The notes below the pieces were generated by a model, which did no database searches, had not been told where the DNA came from, and saw only the letters and a list, made by a program, of their open reading frames with translations. This document shows positions 30,483 through 42,490 of a stretch of DNA of 64,000 nucleotides, in pieces; within the stretch, counting starts at the first letter, position 1, and each line of letters begins with the position of its first letter. A program made the position numbers and the translations under genes. Source of the stretch: Providencia lanzhouensis (GTDB lineage Bacteria > Pseudomonadota > Gammaproteobacteria > Enterobacterales > Enterobacteriaceae); NCBI RefSeq assembly GCF_050469745.1, contig NZ_CP174123.1, positions 1 through 64,000 of the forward strand, given 5' to 3'.

Positions 30483-31775
30483 ATGACAATACAAACATCT
30501 GAAATTACATCTGTCTCCTCAAAACGCACGACCTTTAAAGTCATGTTGGTTTGCTGGCTAAGCATTTTATTTGAAGGTTATGACGTGGGGGTGATGGGTG
30601 CAGTTTTACCCACACTCTCTGAATATAAAGAGTGGAATTTAACCCCTATTGAATTAGGCGCCTTGAGCAGTTACACCCTTGTGGGAATGTTCTTCGGTGC
30701 TTTTATTATCGGAACGTTAAGCGAGTTATATGGTCGACGACGCATGCTACTAATCTGCGTTACGCTATTTTCGTCCACCATGTTAGCCACCGCTTTAGCG
30801 CCAACACCTTGGTTTTTTGGATTAATGCGTTTTATCGGCGGAATTGGACTTGGGGGCGTGATCCCCGTAGCCGCGGCTCTCACTATTGAATATTCACCAA
30901 CTGAAAAACGGTCGTTTAACTATGCCATTATGTACTCAGGCTACTCTCTGGGTATCTTATGTGCTGCGCTAGTGGCGATTGCGATTCTTAGCCAATTTGG
31001 TTGGCGTGGTGTCATGATGATAGGGTCATTGCCTTTGTTATTAATTTGGCCAATGTCCCGCCTATTGCCTGAATCTATTGAATACCTGAATAACCGAGGG
31101 CAACACGAAAAAGCGAGAAAACTGGCGGAGAAACTTGAAGTTACCTATCACGAACCTGTGAAACAAGAAAAGCAGGCTTCCCGTAGCTTAAAAGAAGTTG
31201 TCGCGATTATCTTTTCCAAAGATTACCTGCGAGCAACCTGCTGTTTTTGGGTCGCTCTGTTCTGTGGTGGCTTCATCGTTTACGGCTTAAATACGTGGCT
31301 GCCATCCATTATGCGTAAAGAAGGTTATGATCTCGGCTCCAGCTTAACATTCTTAGTGGTGTTCAGTTTATCTTCTGCGCTAGGCGGGTTATTCCTCGGG
31401 AAAGTCGCCGATAAATGTGGCGCTCGCGGTACAGTTGCATTCTTCTTTATGCTAGGTGCAATGGGTATTGGATTGATGGTCTTCAAGCAAAATATCTATA
31501 TGAATTATTTACTAGTGGGCCTCGCGGGGATTGGTTGTATTTCTGCGCCATTAATTTTGACGGGCTATGTCGCCCATTTCTATCCATCCAGTGTGCGGGC
31601 TTCTGCAACAGGTTGGACAATGAGTATTTCCCGTGTAGGTGCCATGTCTGGTCCCATGTTTGGCGCTTATATTGCCAGCCTTGGGGTCGCCAGCAGTTGG
31701 AACTTTGCCGCGTTCTCTGCGGTGACGGTAATAGGCGGTATTGCCGTAATGCTACTGCCAAGTAAACGCTTATAA
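30483..31775 (+). CDS. MFS transporter (aromatic-acid/metabolite:H+ symporter-like, 12 TMS)
   Basis: 430 aa with MFS signatures (GRRRMLLICVTLF; sugar-transporter-like loop motif). Confidence 0.75.
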   Translation: MTIQTSEITSVSSKRTTFKVMLVCWLSILFEGYDVGVMGAVLPTLSEYKEWNLTPIELGALSSYTLVGMFFGAFIIGTLSELYGRRRMLLICVTLFSSTMLATALAPTPWFFGLMRFIGGIGLGGVIPVAAALTIEYSPTEKRSFNYAIMYSGYSLGILCAALVAIAILSQFGWRGVMMIGSLPLLLIWPMSRLLPESIEYLNNRGQHEKARKLAEKLEVTYHEPVKQEKQASRSLKEVVAIIFSKDYLRATCCFWVALFCGGFIVYGLNTWLPSIMRKEGYDLGSSLTFLVVFSLSSALGGLFLGKVADKCGARGTVAFFFMLGAMGIGLMVFKQNIYMNYLLVGLAGIGCISAPLILTGYVAHFYPSSVRASATGWTMSISRVGAMSGPMFGAYIASLGVASSWNFAAFSAVTVIGGIAVMLLPSKRL

Positions 31776-31788
31776 ACCCAAAAACAAA

Positions 31789-31818
31789 ATCCCCTCGGTA
31801 ATTTCGAGGGGATTTTTA
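31789..31818. terminator. Bidirectional terminator between the MFS gene (+) and ulaD (-)
   Basis: Stem atcccctcg / cgaggggat with loop gtaattt, followed by ttttt. Confidence 0.7.
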
Positions 31819-31828
31819 TCAATACCAA

Positions 31829-32473
31829 TTACCAGAAACGAGCAATTTGTTCACGCAGAGCTTCTGCGGTGGCTTTTCCTTTTTCACCGACCAATGCGCG
31901 CCCAGCAATAAAGGCTTTGGCTTTGATACCTTCAAAAAGATGAATATCTTCCGGCACAATCCCGCCAGTTATCGACAGTTCGAGACCTAAATCAGAAAGT
32001 TGGCGCATTTTGGTGAGATCTTCAGGTCCCCAGCCCACGCCAGCGAGCTCAGCATCACGAGAACGATGGTAAATCGCCTGTTTGATCCCTAAATCTACCC
32101 AGCGCTGAGCATCGTCTAATGTCCAGTTACCATACAGCTCAATTTGGATTTCACGTCCAAATTCATCCGCCACTTTTTTACATGCCGTGATAGTGGCAAT
32201 ATGTGCCGCTGCTGAAACCGTGATCCAATCCGCACCTGCTTCGAACGCCATTTTCGATAAAATCGCACCGCCATCCGTGGTTTTCATATCGCAAACAATA
32301 ATGTGTGATGGATGATTTTTACGTAGCGTTGAAACTGCATTCATACCTTCCGCAAAAGCCAAAATAGTACCAATTTCAATCACATCAACAAAAGACTCCA
32401 CATTATCAGCAACCGCCAGCGCATCTTTCAGATTGGTTTGGTCTAATGCAATTTGAATTAAAGGTTTAGTCAT
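31829..32473 (-). CDS. ulaD: 3-keto-L-gulonate-6-phosphate decarboxylase (UlaD/SgbH)
   Basis: 214 aa, collinear with E. coli UlaD as recalled (…QIALD…DIIEVGT…YHRSRDA…ITGGI…FIAGR). Confidence 0.88.
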   Translation of the reverse strand: MTKPLIQIALDQTNLKDALAVADNVESFVDVIEIGTILAFAEGMNAVSTLRKNHPSHIIVCDMKTTDGGAILSKMAFEAGADWITVSAAAHIATITACKKVADEFGREIQIELYGNWTLDDAQRWVDLGIKQAIYHRSRDAELAGVGWGPEDLTKMRQLSDLGLELSITGGIVPEDIHLFEGIKAKAFIAGRALVGEKGKATAEALREQIARFW

Positions 32474-32523
32474 TTGATTATCCTAGTGTTTTAGATTAAA
32501 TCGGGTATCTGGTGAATAACTGC

Positions 32524-32991
32524 TTAAGCCAATGCGGCATCAATCACCTGATAGACCTCGTCTGCGCTGGTGCAGCGGCGAATTTTATCGAGATCAATCC
32601 CCGTTTCGCTCTCTTCATCATCCAGTACTTGAGTCACTTCCATTAAGCCTTCCATATGTTCATCAGAAGAACTTCCCGCGAGGGTAATAAGGACATCCAC
32701 TGGCTCACTTTCCCCATCAAATACGATCGGTTCTTTTAATGTCACCAAGGCAAATGCGGTTTTTAAAACGCCATTTTCTGGGCGGGCATGAGGTAAGGCT
32801 AAATGAGGTGCAATACAGATATAAGGGCCTAACTCTTTGACGCTGCTAATAATGGCGTCATGGTAATCCGGCAAAATCGCCCCAGATGCGATGAGCATAT
32901 CGGTGCCAATCTTAATCGCGTCCTGCCAATTATCCGCTGAGGCATGTAATTTAATGGAGTTGTTATCCATTAGAGATTGTTTGAAACCCAT
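32524..32991 (-). CDS. ulaC: PTS ascorbate-family EIIA component
   Basis: 155 aa; a PTS EIIA(Mtl/Fru-type) domain with His in the ...CIAPHLALPHARPE context; position as in ulaABC. Confidence 0.8.
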   Translation of the reverse strand: MGFKQSLMDNNSIKLHASADNWQDAIKIGTDMLIASGAILPDYHDAIISSVKELGPYICIAPHLALPHARPENGVLKTAFALVTLKEPIVFDGESEPVDVLITLAGSSSDEHMEGLMEVTQVLDDEESETGIDLDKIRRCTSADEVYQVIDAALA

Positions 32992-33057
32992 GACATTGCT
33001 CTCCTATCGTCATGGGCATACATCACTGAATCCCCATGACAAATTTAGTTATTGGAT

Positions 33058-34830
33058 TTATTTCGACTCACTAAAGTTATTATGAATAATCGCCAGTAAT
33101 TCATCGCCGAATGAGTTCGGATTTAACATATTCTGCACACCCAGTACGAATTTACCTTCCCCCGCATCCATTTCAGAAGAGAGATGCTTGGAAGAGACAA
33201 TAATGTCTGTATTCGCCAGTTTGGATTTGTAATCAGAAACAGCGCAGGAATCCATCACATGAGGGATGCCTTTGCCTTCAAGGTACTTGGCAATTTTCAT
33301 TTTCATCATCATTGATGAACCTTGCCCATTACCACACACCGCAAGAATACTGACGGGTCTAGCGCCTGTTGAAATAGGCAGTTCTGTTGGTTCAATCGGT
33401 GCATTTTCAACACTCAGCTCTACTTGTGGCTCAGCTTCCGCAGCGGCTTGCGCATCTTCTTCCGCACGTAATCTTTTCGACGCAAAGTACATGTAAACAA
33501 ACGACAGCCCAATCAAAACAAAGAAGAAATATTTGGAGAAGGAAAGCCCCTGCATCACTTGTGGGAAAACTAACGCCCAGTCAGCCATCCCCATCCAGCC
33601 ACTAAAATCCGTTCCTTGCTGGCTAAATAATGAAATCGCCCATGCAGACCCAAACACCTCAATGATCCCCATCACGAAACAGATTTTCATGACTGCTTTC
33701 CAGCCACCGAAATGGTTGGCAAATACCCCAATTGTCGCGTTGGAGAAGAACATCGGGATAAAGCCAGGAATAATCATGATCGGGGAGCTTAATCCCAACA
33801 TAATCAACACCGCAGTAAACTGCCCCAACGCTCCCCACATAAAGCCGAATACCATGGCATTAGGAGAGAAGGCGTAAATTGCCGCACAGTCAATGGCGAG
33901 TACCGCATTAGGAATAACGCGCTCGGAAATCCCTTTAAACGCTTCAGAAAGCTCGGCAACAAACATCCGCACACCGGTAACAATAATCTGGATGGCGACG
34001 GCGAATTTCAAACCGGTTTCGAGAATATAGATGGTCCAATGGGTTTTCCCTGCCATTTCTTGCAAGTTAGTTAACCCAAAGGAAAGAAGAATGATGCCGA
34101 AGAAAACAGTCATCACAATCGCGGTGGCCGCGATGCTATCATGGAAAATATGCAACCATTTCGGTAGTTTAAGATTATCAACGCTATCGTTTTTATCACC
34201 GAGTTTATGGGCAATTTTAGTGGCGACCCATGATGCGACTTGCTGCTGGTGACCGATTGAAAACCCTGCCCCACCCGTGACTGATTCCGTTGGCTTGAAC
34301 ATAATATTGGATGAAATTCCCCAATACAGCGCCATGAGAACGGCTGAGTAAATAATGGTTTCCCACATGCTGGTGCCCAGCACAAAATAGAATACCGCGA
34401 TCAACCCTGCTTGCTGGAACATGATATGTCCCGTCAGCATAATGGTTCGGATCCCCGTGATACGGCGGAAAAGCACCAAAAGAATATTAATCGCCAGTGC
34501 AATTAGAACCGTATATCCAACCCATGAATAGTTATCCCCCATGGTTTCCATGGTGGCCATCATTGAGGTATAAGGGTCGATAACTGAACCGGTAAGATGA
34601 TGATATTCTGACATTTTTGCAATGACAGGTTTGAAGCTGGAGACTAATGTATCGGCTCCAACTTGCACTAACATAAAGCCGACAATCGTTTTTATGGTTC
34701 CCTTCAGGATGGTTGTGCCATCTCTCTTTAGAAGCCAGTAGCCAATCAATGTCACTAATCCCAGTAATAACGGGGCTTTGGTCATCACTTGGCTGTAAAA
34801 AATATAGAATGAGTCATACAGAAAATCCAT
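33058..34830 (-). CDS. ulaA: PTS ascorbate-family fused EIIC-EIIB (UlaA-UlaB fusion)
   Basis: 590 aa. The N-terminal ~470 aa form a polytopic EIIC. The C-terminal ~100 aa form an EIIB with the phospho-Cys motif [15 protein letters not shown]. Confidence 0.85.
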   Translation of the reverse strand: MDFLYDSFYIFYSQVMTKAPLLLGLVTLIGYWLLKRDGTTILKGTIKTIVGFMLVQVGADTLVSSFKPVIAKMSEYHHLTGSVIDPYTSMMATMETMGDNYSWVGYTVLIALAINILLVLFRRITGIRTIMLTGHIMFQQAGLIAVFYFVLGTSMWETIIYSAVLMALYWGISSNIMFKPTESVTGGAGFSIGHQQQVASWVATKIAHKLGDKNDSVDNLKLPKWLHIFHDSIAATAIVMTVFFGIILLSFGLTNLQEMAGKTHWTIYILETGLKFAVAIQIIVTGVRMFVAELSEAFKGISERVIPNAVLAIDCAAIYAFSPNAMVFGFMWGALGQFTAVLIMLGLSSPIMIIPGFIPMFFSNATIGVFANHFGGWKAVMKICFVMGIIEVFGSAWAISLFSQQGTDFSGWMGMADWALVFPQVMQGLSFSKYFFFVLIGLSFVYMYFASKRLRAEEDAQAAAEAEPQVELSVENAPIEPTELPISTGARPVSILAVCGNGQGSSMMMKMKIAKYLEGKGIPHVMDSCAVSDYKSKLANTDIIVSSKHLSSEMDAGEGKFVLGVQNMLNPNSFGDELLAIIHNNFSESK

Positions 34831-35128
34831 ATTTTTACCCCTAAATCAAATTTAGTGTGAATTATTATCTTATTTAAAATTACATTACCCTGATCACAGA
34901 CAAGCATTCTCACGCTATAATCAAACAGTTCATCAATTCAATCACTCAAATACATTTTGTAATCATAAGTAATCACCATTTGCTCATTAATGATTATTTG
35001 AAGTGACACTTTTTGACCAGTAAAAAACCCTACATTTGTTGAGTCGATCACAACAAATATAGTAAAAATCAATATTTACATATAGTTAAAGAATTAAATT
35101 GGCATGGGTAATTTTTGAATTTAGTGAG

Positions 35129-35156
35129 TTGACAATTTTCATTATAATCATATAGA
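35129..35156 (+). promoter_or_regulatory. Candidate sigma70 promoter for ulaR
   Basis: TTGACA (35129..35134), a 16-nt spacer, then TATAGA (35151..35156), ~100 bp upstream of the ulaR ATG. Confidence 0.35.
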
Positions 35157-35257
35157 ATCAAATCCAATCATTTTGAGTCAAAAGTTATCATGGAATCGTG
35201 ATTATAATAATCATCACTAAAGACGAAAAATGATTATACAGAAATAAGGCGCTACAC

Positions 35258-36013
35258 ATGAATGAGACACAAAGACATCATGAAATATTGTCTTTATTGA
35301 AAGAAAATCAAATCATTAACGTATCTTTTATCACAAAACATTTTGATATCTCACCGGCAACTGCTCGCCGAGATATCGCCAAGCTGGATGAGCAAGGCAA
35401 ACTCAAAAAAATACGTAATGGTGCAGAGCGCATTGAAGAAAAAAGACTCAGATGGTCACCGCTGAATATCAACAGCACCGACCATTATGAAGAAAAGTCA
35501 CAAATCGCCATGAAAGCGGCAGAACTTTGCCAACCGGGAGATAGCGCTGTTATCAACTGTGGATCCACCGCATTTTTGCTAGGACAGCAACTGTGTGGAA
35601 AAGGGGTTCAGATAGTAACGAACTATTTCCCTCTCGCCAGCTACTTGATTGAAGAAGAGCATGAAGATGTGGTTCTGATTGGCGGGCAATATAACCGAAC
35701 ACAAGGTATTTTCCTCAATCCTGCATTAAGCACATTGATGGGATATGCCGGTAACTGGATGTTCACTTCAGGGAAAGGTTTAACCGAAACAGGGTTGTAC
35801 AAAACAGATATGCTGACTGCGGTCGCGGAGCAACAGATGCTCGATCGTATTGATAAATTGGTTGTCGTTGTGGATAGCTCAAAAGTCGGAAGTCGAACGG
35901 GCATGTTATTTTGCCCTACCGAAAAAATTGACTATCTCATCACCGGTAAGAATGCCGACCCGAAAATTATCAAAGCCATCGAAGCCCAAGGCACGCAAGT
36001 CATCCTTGTATAA
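35258..36013 (+). CDS. ulaR: DeoR-family repressor of the ula regulon
   Basis: 251 aa, collinear with E. coli UlaR as recalled (…ISPATARRDI.KLDE.GKLKK.RNGAE…VINCGSTAFLLG…FTSGKGLT..GLYKTDMLTA.AEQ.ML…). Confidence 0.9.
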   Translation: MNETQRHHEILSLLKENQIINVSFITKHFDISPATARRDIAKLDEQGKLKKIRNGAERIEEKRLRWSPLNINSTDHYEEKSQIAMKAAELCQPGDSAVINCGSTAFLLGQQLCGKGVQIVTNYFPLASYLIEEEHEDVVLIGGQYNRTQGIFLNPALSTLMGYAGNWMFTSGKGLTETGLYKTDMLTAVAEQQMLDRIDKLVVVVDSSKVGSRTGMLFCPTEKIDYLITGKNADPKIIKAIEAQGTQVILV

Positions 36014-36089
36014 TTAGATTAACTATCTAATTCAACGAATTAACAAATTTATTCTGTATTTCGCCTTATTTTCATTAATAAGGCGCTAA

Positions 36090-37196
<1,107 letters not shown>

Positions 37197-37218
37197 GATT
37201 GTTATCGATTAAAAAAAC

Positions 37219-37255
37219 AAAATCCGGTAAGGCATATACCCTACCGGATTTTTAT
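37219..37255. terminator. Bidirectional terminator between ulaG (+) and the anion permease (-)
   Basis: Stem aatccggtaagg / ccctaccggatt (1 mismatch), flanked by an A-run and a T-run. Confidence 0.6.
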
Positions 37256-37301
37256 TATCTTTATAAAATAGCTAACTTTATGTTAATCACCAAAATCGTG
37301 A

Positions 37302-38597
37302 TTAAGGGATCACGCCCAGCAATTTAAACCAGAAATAATCCAGAGGCACCAAGAGGAAAAAGGTCAAAATAAACAAAATCAGACACAGCCTTACGCCATC
37401 CATTAACGGCACTTTGCCCATTCCCATCGCGACAACAATCGGAGACGCTTGATAAGGCAATAAAGGTGTTGAGTAACCGATGACTTGTACCATGAGAACC
37501 GCAATTAGTGGTAAGCCCGTGGCATTAGAGAGAGATTCTGCTAACGGGGTATACAGTGCTGGAACGCCGTTTGCCGTCACCACAAAGTTTAAGCCGCTAG
37601 TCAGTCCCACTAAGCTACCAAAATCCATAAACGGGCTATTTGGATCCAGTGGCAGCATCTTTTGTAAGTAAGTACCAACCACCATTCCAACGTTGGAATA
37701 ACTCACCAATGTTGCTAGGCTCAAAATCCCTGCCACATAGATACAAGTACGGATATTCACCGCTTTAACAAACTCGTCATTGGTGACAAAACCGACTTTA
37801 GGCAGCAAGCAGAAACATGCCGCGACTAATCCCACCCATGCTGGTGAAATACCGTGTGTGGTATCCGTGATCCAGAAAAGCAATGTGACTGCCAGCACAA
37901 CACCGAGCTTTTTCTCATCGCGGCTCATTGGCGGCAAGGTTTTTTGTTCAGCCACCGGCTGCAATTTGGCAGGAAATAGAAAATAGATACACAGGACCAC
38001 CATTGCGCCTTTTATCAGCCCTAAGATTGGCATATGCAGGAACAGGTAATTCAAGTAGGAAAGTTTAAGGTGGTAAGTGGTTTCTATCGCCCCCGCCATG
38101 ACGAGGTTGGGAACGTTCGCAGGCAGCACAGTTGCAGAAAGTTGGAAGGTACCAAAACCCACCGCCAGCGCTAACCCGATACGCCCTCGGCTGCCACTTT
38201 CTAGCCCGACTTTATCTGCTATTGCCATCACAATCGGCATCAGTAATGCAATTCGCCCCATATTCGACGGCATAATAAACGCCAATCCATAGGCGAGGAT
38301 CACCACGCCAATGATCAATGAGAGCCAGGATTTTGTGAAACGCCCCGAGATATGCTGCGCAATCCGTTCCGCTAGCCCCACTTTATTGATGGCAAACCCA
38401 AGAATGAATCCGCTTAAAACGAGCCAAAATGCTTCCGAGGTGAACCCCGAGAAAATCACATTGGTTGGCGCTAGATGTAAGCATGCCGCTGCTGCTAAAA
38501 ACAGTAATGCTACTAAATATTCCGGTAGTTTTCCTGTCGCCCAAAACCCTATTGTGATTGCGATGACAACCGCACTTAACCATTCTATCTCTGCCAT
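37302..38597 (-). CDS. Anion permease (ArsB/NhaD-superfamily, YbiR-like)
   Basis: 431 aa polytopic membrane protein with an internally duplicated topology. Confidence 0.65.
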   Translation of the reverse strand: MAEIEWLSAVVIAITIGFWATGKLPEYLVALLFLAAAACLHLAPTNVIFSGFTSEAFWLVLSGFILGFAINKVGLAERIAQHISGRFTKSWLSLIIGVVILAYGLAFIMPSNMGRIALLMPIVMAIADKVGLESGSRGRIGLALAVGFGTFQLSATVLPANVPNLVMAGAIETTYHLKLSYLNYLFLHMPILGLIKGAMVVLCIYFLFPAKLQPVAEQKTLPPMSRDEKKLGVVLAVTLLFWITDTTHGISPAWVGLVAACFCLLPKVGFVTNDEFVKAVNIRTCIYVAGILSLATLVSYSNVGMVVGTYLQKMLPLDPNSPFMDFGSLVGLTSGLNFVVTANGVPALYTPLAESLSNATGLPLIAVLMVQVIGYSTPLLPYQASPIVVAMGMGKVPLMDGVRLCLILFILTFFLLVPLDYFWFKLLGVIP

Positions 38598-38771
38598 CCA
38601 CGTCGCCTTCTGCTGATTTTTATTGTTGTTTATTATTGCTCAATACTGCATCAAGAAAATTAAGTATACGTGAAATTGATAGCGAATAGATGCATGCAAA
38701 AGCAACTAATTAGCATCGGATTGTTATAGTTCAGTAGGGAAATTTTAATGGAGTGTAAGAATAGAGAAGCA

Positions 38772-38805
38772 ATAAAAAGCCGGTGTTCTTTTACAGAACA
38801 CCGGC
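38772..38805 (-). terminator. Displaced glmS rho-independent terminator (separated from glmS by the Tn7 insertion)
   Basis: Minus-strand hairpin gccggtgttct-gtaaa-agaacaccggc followed by UUUUUAUU. Removing Tn7 plus one copy of the TSD places this hairpin ~25 nt after the glmS stop codon. Confidence 0.75.
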
Positions 38806-38808
38806 TGG
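38804..38808. repeat. Left copy of the 5-bp target-site duplication GCTGG
   Basis: GCTGG immediately precedes the Tn7-L terminus TGTGGGCGGACA (38809). The identical GCTGG at 52299..52303 immediately follows Tn7-R (…GTCCGCCCACA). Confidence 0.85.
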
Positions 38809-38958
38809 TGTGGGCGGACAAAATAGTTGGGAACTGGGAGGGGTGGAAATGGAGTTTTTAAGGATTATTTAGGGAAGAGTGACAAAATAGATGGGAACTG
38901 GGTGTAGCGTCGTAAGCTAATACGAAAATTAAAAATGACAAAATAGTTTGGAACTAGA
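38809..38958. repeat. Tn7-L end with three 22-bp TnsB-binding repeats
   Basis: The three repeats are GACAAAATAGTTGGGAACTGGGA (38817..38839), GACAAAATAGATGGGAACTGGG (38881..38902) and GACAAAATAGTTTGGAACTAGA (38937..38958). Confidence 0.9.
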
Positions 38959-39744
38959 TTTCACTTATCTGGTTAACTAATCTAGCTAACCTGCCGCTCA
39001 GCTTAGTACGATCCTATATCCAACTGATCATAATCCTTTCATCAGTATCCCAAATTAAATCCCCCTCCTAGACTGCCTCACCAACACTTTACAGTGATCC
39101 CGTATTTCCGGACAGGTGATTGATTTTTTTCGCTTGTACAGGTGTTAAGCCACAGTTATCTTGATGTGGACATTATGCATTGTAATAGCCCATTAACATG
39201 CGCTAAGAGCATAAATTAATATACAGTAACAAGCATTACGAGGTGCTAATGTTTGGAAAGCAGCCTCTTCCAACTACAATAATAAGTTAACTATCCTCCA
39301 CCCACAAATAATTACAAATGACCCCTTTCCGCTATAACTCCGATCTCACCAGCGGCTCGCTACAAACCCGAGAGTGTCGCATTATTACTGGCTTGTTACT
39401 CCAAGAGCTTGATGAAGCTGCCTGGGATAAAGCCATGTATAAGGAAAATGTGCTTCAGAAACGCACGCAATCTACGGTAAGACGTATTTCTTCAGCGCTT
39501 AGAAAACGCCTAGAACACCTAAGCTCTGACTTTTGGGCTTTTGCGTTTTTATGTTAGGCATTGTCTGGCAACTGGAGGAAGTGTAATGACCATGAATGGT
39601 CACTGTGATTGACAGTATCTTGCTTAAACTTATCTGAACAATGGTAGAACTGGCTCATATTTATCCCCTCTATGATTGTTTATCTTTTTCACCATAAAAA
39701 GTATCAGGGGCTACTCAGGGCTACATAAAGATATTTATCTACTT

Positions 39745-40722
39745 TTACTGATTGATAAGTAGCATCAGTCCATCCGCAGGACTGGTGGTGCCGGCAAAAT
39801 GCTGACCCAACACATGCGTATAGATTTGCGTGGTCTTAACATCGTTATGCCCTAAGAGTTCTTGCACAGTGCGAATATCACGCCCCGCTTGTAATAGATG
39901 CGTAGCAAACGAGTGACGAAATGTATGACAAGTGACACGCTTGCTAACGATGCCTGCTTTTTGTACGGCTGCCTTCAATGCCTTTCGCGCAACGGAGTCA
40001 TGCAGATGATGGCGGCATAATTTGCCGTTATACGGGTGGTTGCAGAGCGTGCTGGAGGGAAAGACAAACATCCACGCCGCTTGTCGATAAGCAGAAGGGT
40101 ATTTGTGATCTAAAGCAAAAGGCAGCGATGGCCCTACGCCTTGTAAGTTGTCGTCTTGCTGAATAAGCCGCGCTTGCTCAATGAGTTATTTTATTGCTGG
40201 GATTAGGCGCGTGGGCAGTAGGCTGTTTCTGCTTTTCCCACCCTTACCGTCATGCACAGTGATGCAGCCATTATCAAAATCAAAATCTTTAACCCGCAAA
40301 CGCAAGCATTCATTAATGCGCAAACCTGCACCATACAGCAGCGTAAAAATAACTTGGTTGCGAGTATCCATAACCTGCAAAATGCGTTGCACTTCATTTG
40401 CAGAGATAACAGAGGGTAGCCGTCTAGGCTTGCTTGCAGGGATATAATCAATATCGCCCAACGGCTGTTGTAAAAACCTGTTGTACAAAAAAGCTAGGGC
40501 ATTTAAAGCGATTTTCTGCGTGTTTATGGCTACATGTCTGCTGTTTGCTAAGCTGGATAAAAACAGCCTGACCTCTTCACTGCCCATGGTCTGAGGATGA
40601 CGTTTTTTGTGAAACAGAATAAAACGCTTAATCCAGTGCAGGTAAGTTTTTTCAGTTTTCAGCGCATAACCTTTTTGTCGCATATCCGTGCGTATAGAAT
40701 TTAAAAATGGACTGTTAGACAT
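39745..40722 (-). pseudogene. intI2: Class 2 integron integrase intI2 with an internal in-frame stop (codon 179)
   Basis: Two same-frame ORFs carry the IntI2 sequence (MSNSPFLNSIRTDMRQKGYALKTEKTYLHWIKRF… and …[39 protein letters not shown], the tyrosine-recombinase box II). An in-frame stop at 40186..40188 separates them. The full length would be 325 aa. Confidence 0.9.
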
Positions 40723-40743
40723 AAAACGCTCCTTGTCTTGCAA

Positions 40744-41036
40744 CTGTCTGCCTATACAGCCTATTCTAGCTGGGATTTAAAAAAGTGCCTGTTTTTTACG
40801 CCTAGAGATGCTTGTTTACCGGTAGAGTTTTAATTTAATGCTAAATAAATTAAAATGTTATGAGTTCTTTGGGTGAGATAATGTGCATCGTGCAAGCAGG
40901 ATAGACGGCATGCACGATTTGTAATAACAGAGTGTCTTGTATTTTTAAAGAAAGTCTATTTAATACAAGTGATTATATTAATTAACGGTAAGCATCAGCG
41001 GGTGACAAAACGAGCATGCTTACTAATAAAATGTTA
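40744..41036 (+). other. attI2 recombination site and Pc region, joined directly to the sat2 cassette
   Basis: The region ends …AGCATGCTTACTAATAAAATGTTAGGC, with a GTTAGGC core, 8 nt before the sat2 ATG. There is no dfrA1 between attI2 and sat2. Confidence 0.7.
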
Positions 41037-41044
41037 GGCGTCAT

Positions 41045-41569
41045 ATGAAGATTTCGGTGATCCCTGAGCAGGTGGCGGAAACATTGGATGCTGAGAACCA
41101 TTTCATTGTTCGTGAAGTGTTCGATGTGCACCTATCCGACCAAGGCTTTGAACTATCTACCAGAAGTGTGAGCCCCTACCGGAAGGATTACATCTCGGAT
41201 GATGACTCTGATGAAGACTCTGCTTGCTATGGCGCATTCATCGACCAAGAGCTTGTCGGGAAGATTGAACTCAACTCAACATGGAACGATCTAGCCTCTA
41301 TCGAACACATTGTTGTGTCGCACACGCACCGAGGCAAAGGAGTCGCGCACAGTCTCATCGAATTTGCGAAAAAGTGGGCACTAAGCAGACAGCTCCTTGG
41401 CATACGATTAGAGACACAAACGAACAATGTACCTGCCTGCAATTTGTACGCAAAATGTGGCTTTACTCTCGGCGGCATTGACCTGTTCACGTATAAAACT
41501 AGACCTCAAGTCTCGAACGAAACAGCGATGTACTGGTACTGGTTCTCGGGAGCACAGGATGACGCCTAA
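41045..41569 (+). CDS. sat2: Streptothricin N-acetyltransferase
   Basis: 174 aa starting MKISVIPEQVAETLDAENHFIVREVFDV…, the Tn7 Sat2 sequence as recalled, with a GNAT fold. Confidence 0.93.
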   Translation: MKISVIPEQVAETLDAENHFIVREVFDVHLSDQGFELSTRSVSPYRKDYISDDDSDEDSACYGAFIDQELVGKIELNSTWNDLASIEHIVVSHTHRGKGVAHSLIEFAKKWALSRQLLGIRLETQTNNVPACNLYAKCGFTLGGIDLFTYKTRPQVSNETAMYWYWFSGAQDDA

Positions 41570-41623
41570 CAATTCATTCAAGCCGACACCGCTTCGCGGC
41601 GCGGCTTAATTCAGGAGTTAAAC
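41566..41623 (+). other. attC (59-be) of the sat2 cassette
   Basis: TAACAATTCATTCAAGCCGACACCGCTTCGCGGCGCGGCTTAATTCAGGAGTTAAAC with a GTTAAAC core; imperfect inverted-repeat architecture. Confidence 0.8.
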
Positions 41624-41626
41624 ATC

Positions 41627-42415
41627 ATGAGGGAAGCGGTGATCGCCGAAGTATCGACTCAACTATCAGAGGTAGTTGGCGTCATCGAGCGCCATCTCGA
41701 ACCGACGTTGCTGGCCGTACATTTGTACGGCTCCGCAGTGGATGGCGGCCTGAAGCCACACAGTGATATTGATTTGCTGGTTACGGTGACCGTAAGGCTT
41801 GATGAAACAACGCGGCGAGCTTTGATCAACGACCTTTTGGAAACTTCGGCTTCCCCTGGAGAGAGCGAGATTCTCCGCGCTGTAGAAGTCACCATTGTTG
41901 TGCACGACGACATCATTCCGTGGCGTTATCCAGCTAAGCGCGAACTGCAATTTGGAGAATGGCAGCGCAATGACATTCTTGCAGGTATCTTCGAGCCAGC
42001 CACGATCGACATTGATCTGGCTATCTTGCTGACAAAAGCAAGAGAACATAGCGTTGCCTTGGTAGGTCCAGCGGCGGAGGAACTCTTTGATCCGGTTCCT
42101 GAACAGGATCTATTTGAGGCGCTAAATGAAACCTTAACGCTATGGAACTCGCCGCCCGACTGGGCTGGCGATGAGCGAAATGTAGTGCTTACGTTGTCCC
42201 GCATTTGGTACAGCGCAGTAACCGGCAAAATCGCGCCGAAGGATGTCGCTGCCGACTGGGCAATGGAGCGCCTGCCGGCCCAGTATCAGCCCGTCATACT
42301 TGAAGCTAGGCAGGCTTATCTTGGACAAGAAGATCGCTTGGCCTCGCGCGCAGATCAGTTGGAAGAATTTGTTCACTACGTGAAAGGCGAGATCACCAAG
42401 GTAGTCGGCAAATAA
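41627..42415 (+). CDS. aadA1: Aminoglycoside (3'')(9) adenylyltransferase (streptomycin/spectinomycin resistance)
   Basis: 262 aa: MREAVIAEVSTQLSEVVGVIERHLEPTLLAVHLYGSAVDGGLKPHSDIDLLVTV…, the AadA1 sequence as recalled. Confidence 0.95.
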   Translation: MREAVIAEVSTQLSEVVGVIERHLEPTLLAVHLYGSAVDGGLKPHSDIDLLVTVTVRLDETTRRALINDLLETSASPGESEILRAVEVTIVVHDDIIPWRYPAKRELQFGEWQRNDILAGIFEPATIDIDLAILLTKAREHSVALVGPAAEELFDPVPEQDLFEALNETLTLWNSPPDWAGDERNVVLTLSRIWYSAVTGKIAPKDVAADWAMERLPAQYQPVILEARQAYLGQEDRLASRADQLEEFVHYVKGEITKVVGK

Positions 42416-42477
42416 TGTCTAACAATTCGTTCAAGCCGACGCCGCTTCGCGGCGCGGCTTAACTCAAGCGTTAGAGA
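42416..42477 (+). other. attC of the aadA1 cassette
   Basis: TGTCTAACAATTCGTTCAAGCCGACGCCGCTTCGCGGCGCGGCTTAACTCAAGCGTTAGAG with a GTTAGAG core. Confidence 0.8.
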
Positions 42478-42490
42478 GCTGGGGAAGACT

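Noticed and set aside
39318-39557. 79-aa ORF between Tn7-L and intI2
   Set aside because: It has no RBS and no recognisable motif. Canonical Tn7 has no annotated gene here as far as I recall. It is probably non-coding Tn7-L-proximal sequence.
40744-41044. Possibility that the missing dfrA1 reflects an assembly gap or mis-join
   Set aside because: attI2 ends in its normal core and the sat2 cassette begins with its normal boundary. The element length also differs from the Tn7 reference length I recall (14,067 bp) by 577 bp, which matches my recollection of one dfrA1 cassette. A clean site-specific excision is the simpler explanation.
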